This document shows positions 40,344-49,883 of a stretch of DNA of 55,790 nt, one piece after another. Both the position numbers and the translations under genes were made by a program. The stretch's first letter is position 1, and every line of letters starts with the position of its first letter. The notes beneath the pieces are model-generated. The model was not told where the DNA came from. It saw only the letters and a program-made list of their open reading frames with translations, and ran no database searches. Origin of the DNA: an uncultured Clostridia bacterium (GTDB taxonomy: Bacteria > Bacillota > Clostridia > TANB77 > CAG-465); assembly GCA_947632635.1 (NCBI GenBank), contig CANRQA010000003.1:1-55790 (forward strand), written 5' to 3'.

Positions 40344-40562
40344 AAAAAAAAAAAATACCATCCTTTTTAAGAATGATATTTCTATTTATCTGTTTTATAG
40401 TTCAAACAGATATGTTGTTGGTGCTCTAAAGGAAGAAGTACCATACCTTTTAATTTTATCAAAAAAATGATGGGTACCCTAGTCGAGAGGAATTCTTACA
40501 TACTAAATATACTTACTGGCTACGCCAACACATCGGTATTCCCCCACAAGTATCCCATCTGC
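40344..40562 (-). promoter_or_regulatory. Structured leader or sRNA upstream of pnuC (riboswitch-like, class not recognised)
   Basis: On the minus strand: extended -10 TGTTATAAT (40569-40577); a ~91-nt GC-richer domain closed by GATGGG/CCCATC (40469-40559), with inner helix GGGGAAT/ATTCCTC and hairpin TGGC-gta-GCCA; hairpin ATCTGTTT/AAACAGAT (40388-40412); intrinsic terminator with T12 (40344-40379). Confidence 0.45.
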
Positions 40563-40609
40563 AAATATATTATAACAATAACACAAAATCGCTTATTATT
40601 CATACATTT

Positions 40610-41173
40610 TTAATTTTTAAAATCCTTTAAATAATTATAAATATCTTTATCCAATATTTTATTTATAAAATTATCTAACTTTTTATATGGTATAATATTT
40701 AATCTTTTTTCACCGTTGTAACTTGCATCAGTCTGACTAGTAGCAATTCTTGTTTTTACTTCATTTTCAAATGGATAATAACTAATATCATATTTATTTA
40801 TTAGATAATTGTGGACAATGTTATAACTATAATATAAATCCTTTTTAAAATTAAAGTAATCGGTTGTTTTTATATAATCCTTATCAAGAAAAAAATTAAA
40901 AAAAATGAAATCAGTTACCAAATGAAGAAAATAACCTTTTTCATAATCGTCTACTATATTTTTATCACTCAAATATTCATTTAATCCTATTTTATTTTTT
41001 AAAATTTCTGATAAGTCATTTTTTATCACTTTTTTGGTATAATGTGAAGCAATTCTATCTTTAGCTAAATCTGGATCCAAATTTCCTTTAATAAAAGCTA
41101 GTTCATCTTTTACATCGTTATATTTTATTAAATATTTTCTAGCAATAGCAATATGTATATCAAGACTTGGCAT
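40610..41173 (-). CDS. Hypothetical protein
   Basis: ORF; start at the ATG after AGAGGTGAA (MPSLDIHIAIARKYL...). Confidence 0.5.
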   Translation of the reverse strand: MPSLDIHIAIARKYLIKYNDVKDELAFIKGNLDPDLAKDRIASHYTKKVIKNDLSEILKNKIGLNEYLSDKNIVDDYEKGYFLHLVTDFIFFNFFLDKDYIKTTDYFNFKKDLYYSYNIVHNYLINKYDISYYPFENEVKTRIATSQTDASYNGEKRLNIIPYKKLDNFINKILDKDIYNYLKDFKN

Positions 41174-41318
41174 AAAATTCACCTCTTTGTACTGATTGTC
41201 AATATGCAAGTGTGTTTCCTAAATTGACAAATATATCAAATTCAATCTATAAATATTTTGTCATAAATTTCATATATTTTAAAACTCGAACTGCAAAAGT
41301 CCGAGTTTCCTATCTATT

Positions 41319-41403
41319 TGGTGCGGGTAAAAGGACTTGAACCTTCACGTCGCGAGACACCGGATTCTAAGTCCGGCGCGTCTGCCAATTCCGCCATACC
41401 CGC
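41319..41403 (-). tRNA. tRNA-Leu (anticodon TAG)
   Basis: Minus strand GCGGGTA acceptor, anticodon loop CT-TAG-AA, long variable arm, GGTTCAAGTCC T-arm, encoded CCA; terminator hairpin at 41281-41310. Confidence 0.85.
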
Positions 41404-41492
41404 AAGTAATTAAGTAAAACTTAATACTATAAAATAATAACATAGCTTTTTAAATTTGTCAATACTTGTAGAATAAATTTTATAAAAAAGAC

Positions 41493-41521
41493 TTGACAAT
41501 AGTAAAAGAGTAGTGTATAAT
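41493..41521 (+). promoter_or_regulatory. Sigma-A promoter of the ylxM-ffh operon
   Basis: TTGACA-17 nt-TGnTATAAT. Confidence 0.6.
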
Positions 41522-41563
41522 ATGTGTAAAGTTTTTTTGCTTTACACATGTTATGGTGATAAA

Positions 41564-41893
41564 ATGGAAAAAGATTTAGAATTAATTAAGTTATACGATA
41601 TATATGGAAAATTACTTACTAAGAAACAACAAGATATATTTTCCGAATATTATTTATATGATTTATCATTAAGAGAAATAGCTGAAAATAAAAAAATTTC
41701 ATATCAAGCAGTAAGAGATAGTATAGAAACTAGCAAAACTATGCTTGAAAGTTATGAAAATGCAATACATATGAATAAATTAGTAAATATAAATGAGAAA
41801 CTAAAAAAAATAATTACTACAAGTAAAGATTTAAATTTAGATAAAGAAGAATTACTAGAGTTATTAGAAAACAGAAATGAGGATGATATATAA
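41564..41893 (+). CDS. ylxM: YlxM (UPF0122) putative DNA-binding protein
   Basis: LYDIYGKLLTKKQQDIFSEYYLYDLSLREIAE HTH region; conserved position upstream of ffh. Confidence 0.85.
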   Translation: MEKDLELIKLYDIYGKLLTKKQQDIFSEYYLYDLSLREIAENKKISYQAVRDSIETSKTMLESYENAIHMNKLVNINEKLKKIITTSKDLNLDKEELLELLENRNEDDI

Positions 41894-43218
41894 TGTTTAA
41901 TAGTTTATCTGATAAATTACAAAATGTAATGAGAAAATTAAAAGGTACAACTAGAATAACTGAAAAAGAATTAGATATGATGCTTCGTGAAGTTAAACTT
42001 GCACTTCTTGAAGCAGATGTTAACTTTAGAGTAGTTAAAGAATTTATTGCAAATGTTAGAGAAAAATCATTAGGTGAAGCTGTGATGAAATCTTTAACCC
42101 CAGGCCAACAGGTTGTAAAAATAGTTAGAGAAGAATTAACAACATTACTTGGTGATTCTCAGTCAAAATTAAATTTTTCAGCTAATCCACCAACAATTAT
42201 AATGCTTGTAGGACTTCAAGGTAGTGGTAAAACAACACTTTGTGGTAAACTCAGCAATTATCTTAGAAAGCAAGGTAAAAAGCCTTTAATGATAGCTTGT
42301 GATGTGTATAGACCAGCAGCTATAAACCAACTTGAAACTCTTGGAAAAAGTTTAAATGTTGATGTATATAGTAACAAGGAGTCTAAAGATGTTGTAGAAA
42401 TTGCAACTGCAGGTATAAAATCAGCAATATCTAAACTATGTGATGTCGTTATAATAGATACAGCAGGTAGATTACAAATTGATGATGTTTTAATGGAAGA
42501 ACTTGTAAACTTAAAAAAAGCAGTAAAACCTCATGAAATAATGCTTGTTGTAGATAGTATGACAGGTCAAGAAGCAGTAAATGTTGCAGATAAGTTTAAT
42601 GAAGTAGTTGGAATTGATTCAATAACAATGTCTAAACTTGATTCTGATTCACGTGGTGGTGCAGCACTTTCAGTAAAAAGTATAACTAAAAAGCCTATAA
42701 AATTTGCATCAGTAGGTGAAAAATTAAGTGATTTAGAGCCTTTCTATCCAGACAGAATTGCCTCACGTATACTTGGAATGGGAGATGTTCTTTCTATAAT
42801 TGATAAAGCAGAAGAAGCATATAACGAAGAACAAGCAATTGATTTAGAAAGAAAAATGAGGAAAAATGAATTCACTCTTGATGATTATTTAGAACAAATG
42901 AAAAAGATAAAAAAAATGGGTTCATTTAAAAGTATACTTGCAATGCTTCCTGGTATTCCAAAAGAAATACGAGATGCAGAAATTGATGAAAGTAAACTAG
43001 ATAAGATAAATGCTATTGTTACATCTATGACAAAAGAAGAAAGAAGAAATCCAAAACTTCTTAATGCTTCACGCAGAATAAGAATAGCAAAGGGAAGTGG
43101 AAATACAGTACAAGATATTAATAGATTTATGACACAATTTGAACAAATGCAAAAAATGATGAAATCTATGATGTCAAATAAAGGCAGATTTGGTGGAATG
43201 AAACTTCCAAAATTTTAA
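41893..43218 (+). CDS. ffh: Signal recognition particle protein Ffh
   Basis: GLQGSGKTT, DTAGR, KLD GTPase motifs and a Met-rich M domain. Confidence 0.95.
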   Translation: MFNSLSDKLQNVMRKLKGTTRITEKELDMMLREVKLALLEADVNFRVVKEFIANVREKSLGEAVMKSLTPGQQVVKIVREELTTLLGDSQSKLNFSANPPTIIMLVGLQGSGKTTLCGKLSNYLRKQGKKPLMIACDVYRPAAINQLETLGKSLNVDVYSNKESKDVVEIATAGIKSAISKLCDVVIIDTAGRLQIDDVLMEELVNLKKAVKPHEIMLVVDSMTGQEAVNVADKFNEVVGIDSITMSKLDSDSRGGAALSVKSITKKPIKFASVGEKLSDLEPFYPDRIASRILGMGDVLSIIDKAEEAYNEEQAIDLERKMRKNEFTLDDYLEQMKKIKKMGSFKSILAMLPGIPKEIRDAEIDESKLDKINAIVTSMTKEERRNPKLLNASRRIRIAKGSGNTVQDINRFMTQFEQMQKMMKSMMSNKGRFGGMKLPKF

Positions 43219-43263
43219 TTTGTTAAAAATATAATATATTTTATTTGTAAGGAGGTGAGTAGT

Positions 43264-43506
43264 ATGGTAAAGATTAGACTTAGAAGAGATGGTGCAAAAA
43301 AATCACCATATTATACAATAGTTGTTGCAGATTCTAGATATCCTGCTGATGGAAGATTTATTGAAAAGGTTGGTACATATAACCCAATGGTAGAACCAGC
43401 AGAATTAAAAGTAGATTCTGAAAAAGTGTTAGAATGGATTAAAAAAGGTGCAAAACCAACAGATACAGCTTTAGCACTTATTAAAAAAGCAGGAGTAGAA
43501 ATATAG
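43264..43506 (+). CDS. rpsP: 30S ribosomal protein S16
   Basis: [22 protein letters not shown]; ATG after AGGAGGTGA. Confidence 0.95.
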   Translation: MVKIRLRRDGAKKSPYYTIVVADSRYPADGRFIEKVGTYNPMVEPAELKVDSEKVLEWIKKGAKPTDTALALIKKAGVEI

Positions 43507-43517
43507 GGGGAATTAGA

Positions 43518-43769
43518 ATGTATAAAGATTTATTAGAATATATAGTAAAAAACCTTGTAACTAATCCAGATGATGTTGAAATAAGAGAAGTAGAAGCTGA
43601 TAATAGACTTGTACTAAAACTTAAAGTAAATAAAGAGGATATGGGTAGAATTATAGGAAAAGAAGGAAGAATAATCCGTTCTATAAGAGAAATAATCTAT
43701 GCATATGCTATGAAAGATAACAAAAAGGTTTCTGTAGATGTTGAAGAAAATAATAAAGGTGAAGACTAA
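43518..43769 (+). CDS. KH-domain RNA-binding protein (YlqC/UPF0109)
   Basis: GRIIGKEGRIIRSIR KH motif; conserved position. Confidence 0.85.
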   Translation: MYKDLLEYIVKNLVTNPDDVEIREVEADNRLVLKLKVNKEDMGRIIGKEGRIIRSIREIIYAYAMKDNKKVSVDVEENNKGED

Positions 43770-43772
43770 TAT

Positions 43773-44276
43773 ATGAGTAGTATTTTAATAGGCCAAATTG
43801 TAAATATTCATGGAATAAAAGGTGAGTTAAGAATTTATCCATATACAGATGATTTAGAAAACTTTACTAAGTATAAAGAAATATATTTAGATGAAAGTTT
43901 AACTGTTAAATATAATGTTAGTAGATGTAGAATTCATAAAAATATGCTAATTACAAAATTAGATGGAATAGATGATGCAAATACTGCATTAGAGTTAAAA
44001 AATAAATATGTTTATATAGATAAATCTAGTTTAAAACCACTTGATGAGGGCTATTATTACATAGATGATTTGTTAGGTATTAATGTAATAGATGAAAAGA
44101 CTAAAGAAATAATAGGTACTATCTCTTATGTATTTAATACTGGAGCAAATGATATATATGAAGTAATTAGAAAAGATAATACAAAAGTATATCTTCCAGC
44201 AATTTCACAAGTTGTAAAAAAAGTGGATATTGAAAATAAAAAAATGTATGTTGAGATAATGGATGGACTAATATGA
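43773..44276 (+). CDS. rimM: 16S rRNA processing protein RimM
   Basis: GQIVNIHGIKGELRIYPYTD N-terminus, PRC barrel C-terminus. Confidence 0.9.
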   Translation: MSSILIGQIVNIHGIKGELRIYPYTDDLENFTKYKEIYLDESLTVKYNVSRCRIHKNMLITKLDGIDDANTALELKNKYVYIDKSSLKPLDEGYYYIDDLLGINVIDEKTKEIIGTISYVFNTGANDIYEVIRKDNTKVYLPAISQVVKKVDIENKKMYVEIMDGLI

Positions 44277-44983
44277 TTAAGTTTTATGTTCTAACTTTAT
44301 TTGAAGATATGTTTACAAGTTTTGTAAATACTAGTATTATAAAAAGAGCAATTGAAAATCAATATGTAAGTGTTAAAACTATAGATATTAGAAAATTTAC
44401 AAATGATAAACATAATAGAGTAGATTTTCCACCTTATGGTGGAGGAAATGGCATGATAATGTCATGTATTCCTTTAAGTAATGCAATTGACTATGTAGTT
44501 GAAAACTATATAACTTCTAAAAGATATAAAATAATATATATGTCACCACGAGGAAAAGTATTAAATTATAATATAAGCAAAGAATTCGTAACGTTAGCAG
44601 ATGAATATATAATTATTTGTGGACATTATGAGGGAATTGATGAACGCGTGATTGAAGAATATAATATGATGGAAATATCAATAGGAGATTATGTATTAAC
44701 TGGTGGTGAACTTGCAAGTGAAGTATTAATGGACTCTATTATTCGTTTAATACCTGGTGTTTTAACTGAGGGCTCACTTATAGAAGAATCGCATACAAAT
44801 TCATTACTTGAGTATCCACAATATACTAAACCATATGAGTTTAGAGGAAGAAAAGTACCTGAAATATTACTTTCAGGAAATCACAAAAAAATTTCTGAAT
44901 ATAGAAAAGAAGAGGCAATTAAAATTACAAAAAAATATAGACCTGACCTTTATAACGCATTTAAAAAAGAAAACAAAAATTAA
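44273..44983 (+). CDS. trmD: tRNA (guanine37-N1)-methyltransferase
   Basis: YGGGNGM, GHYEGIDERV, SIGDYVLTGGE motifs. Confidence 0.95.
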   Translation: MIKFYVLTLFEDMFTSFVNTSIIKRAIENQYVSVKTIDIRKFTNDKHNRVDFPPYGGGNGMIMSCIPLSNAIDYVVENYITSKRYKIIYMSPRGKVLNYNISKEFVTLADEYIIICGHYEGIDERVIEEYNMMEISIGDYVLTGGELASEVLMDSIIRLIPGVLTEGSLIEESHTNSLLEYPQYTKPYEFRGRKVPEILLSGNHKKISEYRKEEAIKITKKYRPDLYNAFKKENKN

Positions 44984-45040
44984 TGAAATTATAAAAAAGA
45001 TTTTAAATCTTAAGATATATTAAGATAGGAGGGAAAAAAC

Positions 45041-45388
45041 ATGGATATAATAAAAGCAATAGAAGCTGAGTACAAAAATGAAAATGTACACGAGTTTAGT
45101 ATAGGTGATACTGTAGACGTACATGTTAAAATTATTGAAGGTAACAGAGAAAGAATACAAATATTTACTGGTACTGTTATTAAACGTCAAAATTCTGGTA
45201 TCAATGAAACATTTACTGTTAGAAAAATATCTAATGGTGTAGGTGTTGAAAGAACTTTCCCAATTAACTCACCAAAAATTGCAAAAGTTGAAGTTAAAAG
45301 AGTTGGTAAAGTTAGACGTGCTAAATTATACTATTTAAGAGATAGAGTAGGTAAAGCTGCTAAAACTAAAGAAAAAATTGAAAAATAA
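45041..45388 (+). CDS. rplS: 50S ribosomal protein L19
   Basis: F.IGDTV.V...I.EG.RERIQ.F.G.VI; terminator hairpin at ~45403-45440. Confidence 0.95.
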   Translation: MDIIKAIEAEYKNENVHEFSIGDTVDVHVKIIEGNRERIQIFTGTVIKRQNSGINETFTVRKISNGVGVERTFPINSPKIAKVEVKRVGKVRRAKLYYLRDRVGKAAKTKEKIEK

Positions 45389-45891
45389 TATTGTAAATAT
45401 AAATAAAATTCCACTAATTTAACTGGTGGAATTTTATTTATAAATTAACTTCTTACTGTTATATATTTTTCCAAAAACAAATAATTTTTTTCATATTATT
45501 AGATATATTATTTTTATCAATTGATAAATTTTTCTATTATTGCAAGTCTTGCAATAGTTATATTGAAAATCAGCCATATATAATGTATAATATAGTTGTA
45601 GTTTTAATGAGAAGAAATAGTATGTTAGAGATAAAAGAAAATGTAAAAGATGTAAAAGAGTTTAATGGAACGGTTAGTATCTTGCTCTCTTTTGAAGTAC
45701 AGATAGAAAAGGATAGGACTGAAGATTAAATATTTTGAAAATTAGAACATGAAAATTTCGTAGGGTATAGTAAAATCGGACGTACTTTTAATAATATGAG
45801 AAAAATACTAGCTTAAAGTTAGTTTTCTCTAATCTTCTCCACTTATACATATTTAGTAAAAATTAAAAAAATTATTTAAGGAGTGAAAAAA

Positions 45892-46929
45892 ATGGAAATA
45901 ATAGCAAAAGTAAGTTTAAAAGGAATGAAAAAACAAATTAATAGAACAATTAAATTTAGTGATAAGTTATCTATGCAGCAATTTTGTGAAGATATAATTG
46001 TATCAATGAATGGTGAGTGTAAACATTTATATCAGTTAATATATAATGATGAATATGGATATTTAGGACCAGACTGTAAAGTGCAAGAACCTGCAATTGA
46101 AGAAATGATGGAACGAAAAACTTTAGAATGCCTAAATTTAAAAGTAAATGATAAATTATTATTAGATTATGACTTTAGAAATGAATGGGAATTTGATATA
46201 GAAATTATTAGTGTAACCGATACACAATGTATTAAAGACTTTGAAGTTATTAGTGGACATGGATGTGGCATAATTGAGGATATATGGGGCGTTAGGGAAT
46301 TAAAGGATGTCCCCGAAATGACTGAACAAATGAAAAACTTTTTTGCAAGAACAATTCCAGGGTATAATGGATATGATATTAAAAATTTTGATAAAGATAA
46401 GATTAATTTGAAAATAGATGAGTATCTGCTAAAATACAAACAAAAAAATAAACATAGAAGATATGAGATGAATGTTTCACTTGAATGTTTTAAAAAAGAA
46501 ATACAAAGGAAAATAGTAGTTGATTGTGATGTAAAGTTAGATACATTTTGTAGATTAATAATTTATTCAATGAGAGGGGATATGAGTCATGGATATGGCT
46601 TAAAAATAGGAAAAGAGTATGTAGATGAAGATGATATTGAATGTAGAGATTTAAACTTTTTAGATTTAAAAGTTAATAAGCGATTAAAATTAATTTATGA
46701 CTGGGGAGATGATTGGGTTTTTGAAATTTCAGTAAGGAAGATTTTAGACGGATATGGAGATAAAAGATTTAAAGTTATAAAAGGAAAAGGGTACGGCATT
46801 ATAGACGACTGTGGTGGCGTATATGAACTTGCTAAAATATTTGATGGTAAAAATAAAGAGTGGGGAAAATATGATATAAATGATTTTGATTTAGATGAAA
46901 TAAATAAAATTATTGATTTACAGTTTTAA
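45892..46929 (+). CDS. Protein with two tandem pRiA4b ORF-3-like (MM3350-like) domains
   Basis: Two repeats of the Y(D)...(D)(E)W.F(D/E)I... core (DYDFRNEWEFDIEI and IYDWGDDWVFEISV), each followed by G.G.IEDxGG. Confidence 0.5.
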   Translation: MEIIAKVSLKGMKKQINRTIKFSDKLSMQQFCEDIIVSMNGECKHLYQLIYNDEYGYLGPDCKVQEPAIEEMMERKTLECLNLKVNDKLLLDYDFRNEWEFDIEIISVTDTQCIKDFEVISGHGCGIIEDIWGVRELKDVPEMTEQMKNFFARTIPGYNGYDIKNFDKDKINLKIDEYLLKYKQKNKHRRYEMNVSLECFKKEIQRKIVVDCDVKLDTFCRLIIYSMRGDMSHGYGLKIGKEYVDEDDIECRDLNFLDLKVNKRLKLIYDWGDDWVFEISVRKILDGYGDKRFKVIKGKGYGIIDDCGGVYELAKIFDGKNKEWGKYDINDFDLDEINKIIDLQF

Positions 46930-47003
46930 GGATAAAATAATGTTATAACATAATAGTTGCACGAAAGATTTTATATACATATTGTATGAGGAGAAGAAAT
47001 GGT

Positions 47004-47417
47004 ATGTTGGAGATAAAAGAAAATGTAAAAAATATAAAAGAGTTTAATTTTATGTATGATGCTGTAGCTTAAGGTCATTATAGTGAGGAAATCTCTAAAA
47101 AAGCACTTGGTAATACAATTTATTCTGTTTCAGTATATAATGATGGTAATATAATAGGGTATGGAAGAATTATTGGAGATAGTATTTGTTTTATATATAT
47201 TCACGATATCATGGTAGTACCTGAATATAGAAATCAAAAAATAGGTACTATGATAATGAATAAATTACTAGAAAAAATAAATGAAATAAAAAAATCTAAT
47301 CCGGATTTAAGAGTTTATTTGGGTGCTTCAAAAGGGAAAGAAGGTTTTTATAGAAAATTTGGATTTGTAGATAGATTAGAGGCGGATTTAGGTAGTGGAA
47401 TGATATTAAAAAAATAA
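47004..47417 (+). pseudogene. GNAT N-acetyltransferase with in-frame TAA at 47070-47072
   Basis: MLEIKENVKNIKEFNFMYDAVA-TAA-GHYSEE...IHDIMVVPEYRNQKIGTMIMNKL; the stop sits where GNATs of this type usually carry Trp. Confidence 0.7.
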
Positions 47418-47429
47418 AGGAGTATTCTT

Positions 47430-47765
47430 ATGGATAATAAAGATTATTTAAATAAAATTTTAGATGTAAAAATTGATAGACCGTTTGGATCAAAACATCC
47501 AAAGCATGGATTTATTTATCCTGTAAATTATGGCTTTATACCAAATACAGTAAGTGGAGATGGTGAAGAACTTGACTGTTATATATTAGGTGTGTTTGAG
47601 CCTATTAAAGAATTTAGGGGAAAATGTATAGCAATTATACATAGAACTAATGATAATGATGATAAATTAATTATAGTACCAGAAAATAAAGTTTATACAA
47701 ATGAAGCAATAGATGCACTAGTTGAATTTCAAGAGCAATATTTTAAACATGAAATTATAAGATAA
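47430..47765 (+). CDS. Short inorganic pyrophosphatase-like protein
   Basis: YPVNYGFIPNTVSGDGEELDCYILG resembles the family I PPase core. Confidence 0.55.
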   Translation: MDNKDYLNKILDVKIDRPFGSKHPKHGFIYPVNYGFIPNTVSGDGEELDCYILGVFEPIKEFRGKCIAIIHRTNDNDDKLIIVPENKVYTNEAIDALVEFQEQYFKHEIIR

Positions 47766-47789
47766 GAAAAAGTGGAAGGTGTGAATAAT

Positions 47790-48512
47790 ATGATAAAAGT
47801 AAAATTAACTGAAAACTATACTGGAGTTAATATTGTTGGAACATTTGATGATTTTTATGAGCTATATGGAAGTATTAATTATTTTCTTGGATATGAGGAA
47901 AGTCCTGATATTTTTGAAGAAGATATGAGATTACATATATTAGGATTTTTGTATGATTTAAGACATGCTTATCAAGGCTCAAGAGATATATTAGTTGTAG
48001 ATAATGGCTTAACTGATGAAGAAAAAGAGTATTTTGGAATAGGCAAGTCTGTAAAAAAAGATGTTCTTTATAGCTTTTGTTATATTTTACCTGATATTTT
48101 AACAGATATATTGCTATTTAAGCATTTTTTAAAAACAAAAGAAAAGAAGATAAATGAATTTAATACTTGCTATAATAACGTTATGGCTTTTTATAGTAAG
48201 GTAATAGATGCATTGCAAGAAATATTAACAGAAAACCAAGTAAAAAAGGTAAGAAAAATGTTATCTAATTCAGTTATATCTGAAAGAAACTGGTTAAGAC
48301 AATGGTTTATGAAGTTATCCACTGAGTATGTTAAAATGACTAAAAAGAAAAGGCAAAAAGAAATGATGCATATTTTAGAAAAAATTTGTGACTCATACCT
48401 GTATGATGAGTATTATGATATAAAAAAAGAAGTAGAAGAATTTGCTAAAGATAATGAGATTTTAGTAACAGAAGTAGCATTTGGAGAGTATCCTAAAGAG
48501 ATATCTTGGTAA
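47790..48512 (+). CDS. Hypothetical protein
   Basis: ORF; ATG after GGAAGGTG. Confidence 0.5.
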   Translation: MIKVKLTENYTGVNIVGTFDDFYELYGSINYFLGYEESPDIFEEDMRLHILGFLYDLRHAYQGSRDILVVDNGLTDEEKEYFGIGKSVKKDVLYSFCYILPDILTDILLFKHFLKTKEKKINEFNTCYNNVMAFYSKVIDALQEILTENQVKKVRKMLSNSVISERNWLRQWFMKLSTEYVKMTKKKRQKEMMHILEKICDSYLYDEYYDIKKEVEEFAKDNEILVTEVAFGEYPKEISW

Positions 48513-48562
48513 AAATATAATCATATTTAATTAAATAAAAGTAGAAAATTTAAGGAGCTAGA

Positions 48563-49279
48563 ATGGAAGAAAAAATAGAACAATTTAAACAGATTTTAGA
48601 AAAAAGTAATAATATAGTTTTCTTTGGTGGAGCTGGTGTATCTACTGAAAGTGGTATTCCAGATTTTAGAAGTAAACATGGATTATATAATATGCAGTAT
48701 AAATATCCACCAGAACAAATACTTAGCCATACATTTTTTATGAATAATACGGCTGAGTTTTATAAATTTTATAGAGATAAGATGAATAGTTTAAAATATG
48801 AACCTAATATAACACATATTAAGTTAACTGAACTTGAAAATAAAGGAAAATTGAAAGCTATAGTAACACAAAATATAGATGGTCTGCATCAAAAAGCAGG
48901 TTCTAAAAAAGTATATGAGCTACATGGAAGTGTATTAAGAAATTATTGTATGGGATGCAACAAATTTTATACTGCTGAATTTGTATTTGCTAGCAATGAT
49001 ATACCTAAATGTAGTTGTGGTGGAGTTATAAAACCAAATGTTGTACTTTATGAAGAGGGACTAGATGATGAAACAGTAATAGGTGCTATTAATGCAATAC
49101 AAAATGCTGATATGTTAATTGTAGCTGGTACATCATTAACTGTATATCCAGCAAGTGACCTAATAAATTATTTTAAAGGTGATAATTTAGTTTTAATTAA
49201 CAAAGATAGTACCCCATATGATAGTAAAGCAAATTTAGTTATAAATGAGAGTTTAGGAAAAGTGTTTTCAAAGATATAA
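48563..49279 (+). CDS. cobB: NAD-dependent protein deacylase (Sir2/CobB family)
   Basis: GAGVSTESGIPDFRS, TQNIDGLH, HG, C-x2-C...C-x-C zinc ribbon. Confidence 0.9.
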   Translation: MEEKIEQFKQILEKSNNIVFFGGAGVSTESGIPDFRSKHGLYNMQYKYPPEQILSHTFFMNNTAEFYKFYRDKMNSLKYEPNITHIKLTELENKGKLKAIVTQNIDGLHQKAGSKKVYELHGSVLRNYCMGCNKFYTAEFVFASNDIPKCSCGGVIKPNVVLYEEGLDDETVIGAINAIQNADMLIVAGTSLTVYPASDLINYFKGDNLVLINKDSTPYDSKANLVINESLGKVFSKI

Positions 49280-49307
49280 ATTAGATAAAAAATTGGAGGT
49301 ATGTATT

Positions 49308-49883
49308 ATGCAATATTTTAAAAAACTAGTGGGAGATAGAATATATTTATCTCCAAAAGATTGTTCAAATGAAGAAATAGAAAAATTTACTGAATGGATG
49401 AATGATTTTAAAGTAACTGATTATACAGGAAGAAGTGGACAAGTAGTAACATTAAGTGGAGAAAAAGAATGGCTTGAAAATAGTGCAAAAGATAAGGAAA
49501 ATAGAAATTTTAATATTATTGAGTTAAGTAGTAACAAATTAGTAGGAACAATAGGTTTAGAACATTTCAATTGGATCTTTAGAAGTGCTGTACTTGGAAT
49601 ATTTATTGGTGATGAGGATTATAGAAGTAAAGGCTATGGCAGTGAAGCTATTAATTTGTTATTAGAATATGGCTTTAAATATCTAAATTTACATAGTATA
49701 AAATTGGATCTTTTGGCTATAAATGAAAGAGCACATAAATGTTATTTAAAATGTGGTTTTAAGGATACAGGAAAAAGTAGAGAAGGAATATTTTTAAATG
49801 GAAAATATTATGATGAGTTACATATGGATATACTCGAATATGAATTTAATGGGGATTATATTAGAAATAAAAATATAAAATAA
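49308..49883 (+). CDS. GNAT N-acetyltransferase (RimJ/RimL-like)
   Basis: GIFIGDEDYRSKGYGSEAINLLLEYGF motif; ATG after TGGAGGT. Confidence 0.8.
   Translation: MQYFKKLVGDRIYLSPKDCSNEEIEKFTEWMNDFKVTDYTGRSGQVVTLSGEKEWLENSAKDKENRNFNIIELSSNKLVGTIGLEHFNWIFRSAVLGIFIGDEDYRSKGYGSEAINLLLEYGFKYLNLHSIKLDLLAINERAHKCYLKCGFKDTGKSREGIFLNGKYYDELHMDILEYEFNGDYIRNKNIK

Noticed and set aside
40344-40562. SRP RNA or 6S RNA, considered because of proximity to ffh
   Set aside because: There is no SRP domain IV motif (GGAAGCAGC / GNAR loop context), and the 5' and 3' ends are not complementary as 6S would require.
44808-45023. 71-aa plus-strand ORF overlapping the end of trmD
   Set aside because: It is an alternative frame of trmD running into the trmD-rplS spacer, with no RBS and Lys/Ile-rich low complexity.
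48563-49279. Sir2 protein as a defence-system effector
   Set aside because: Its length, zinc ribbon and motifs fit a housekeeping CobB-type deacylase, and it has no partner genes typical of Sir2-based defence systems.
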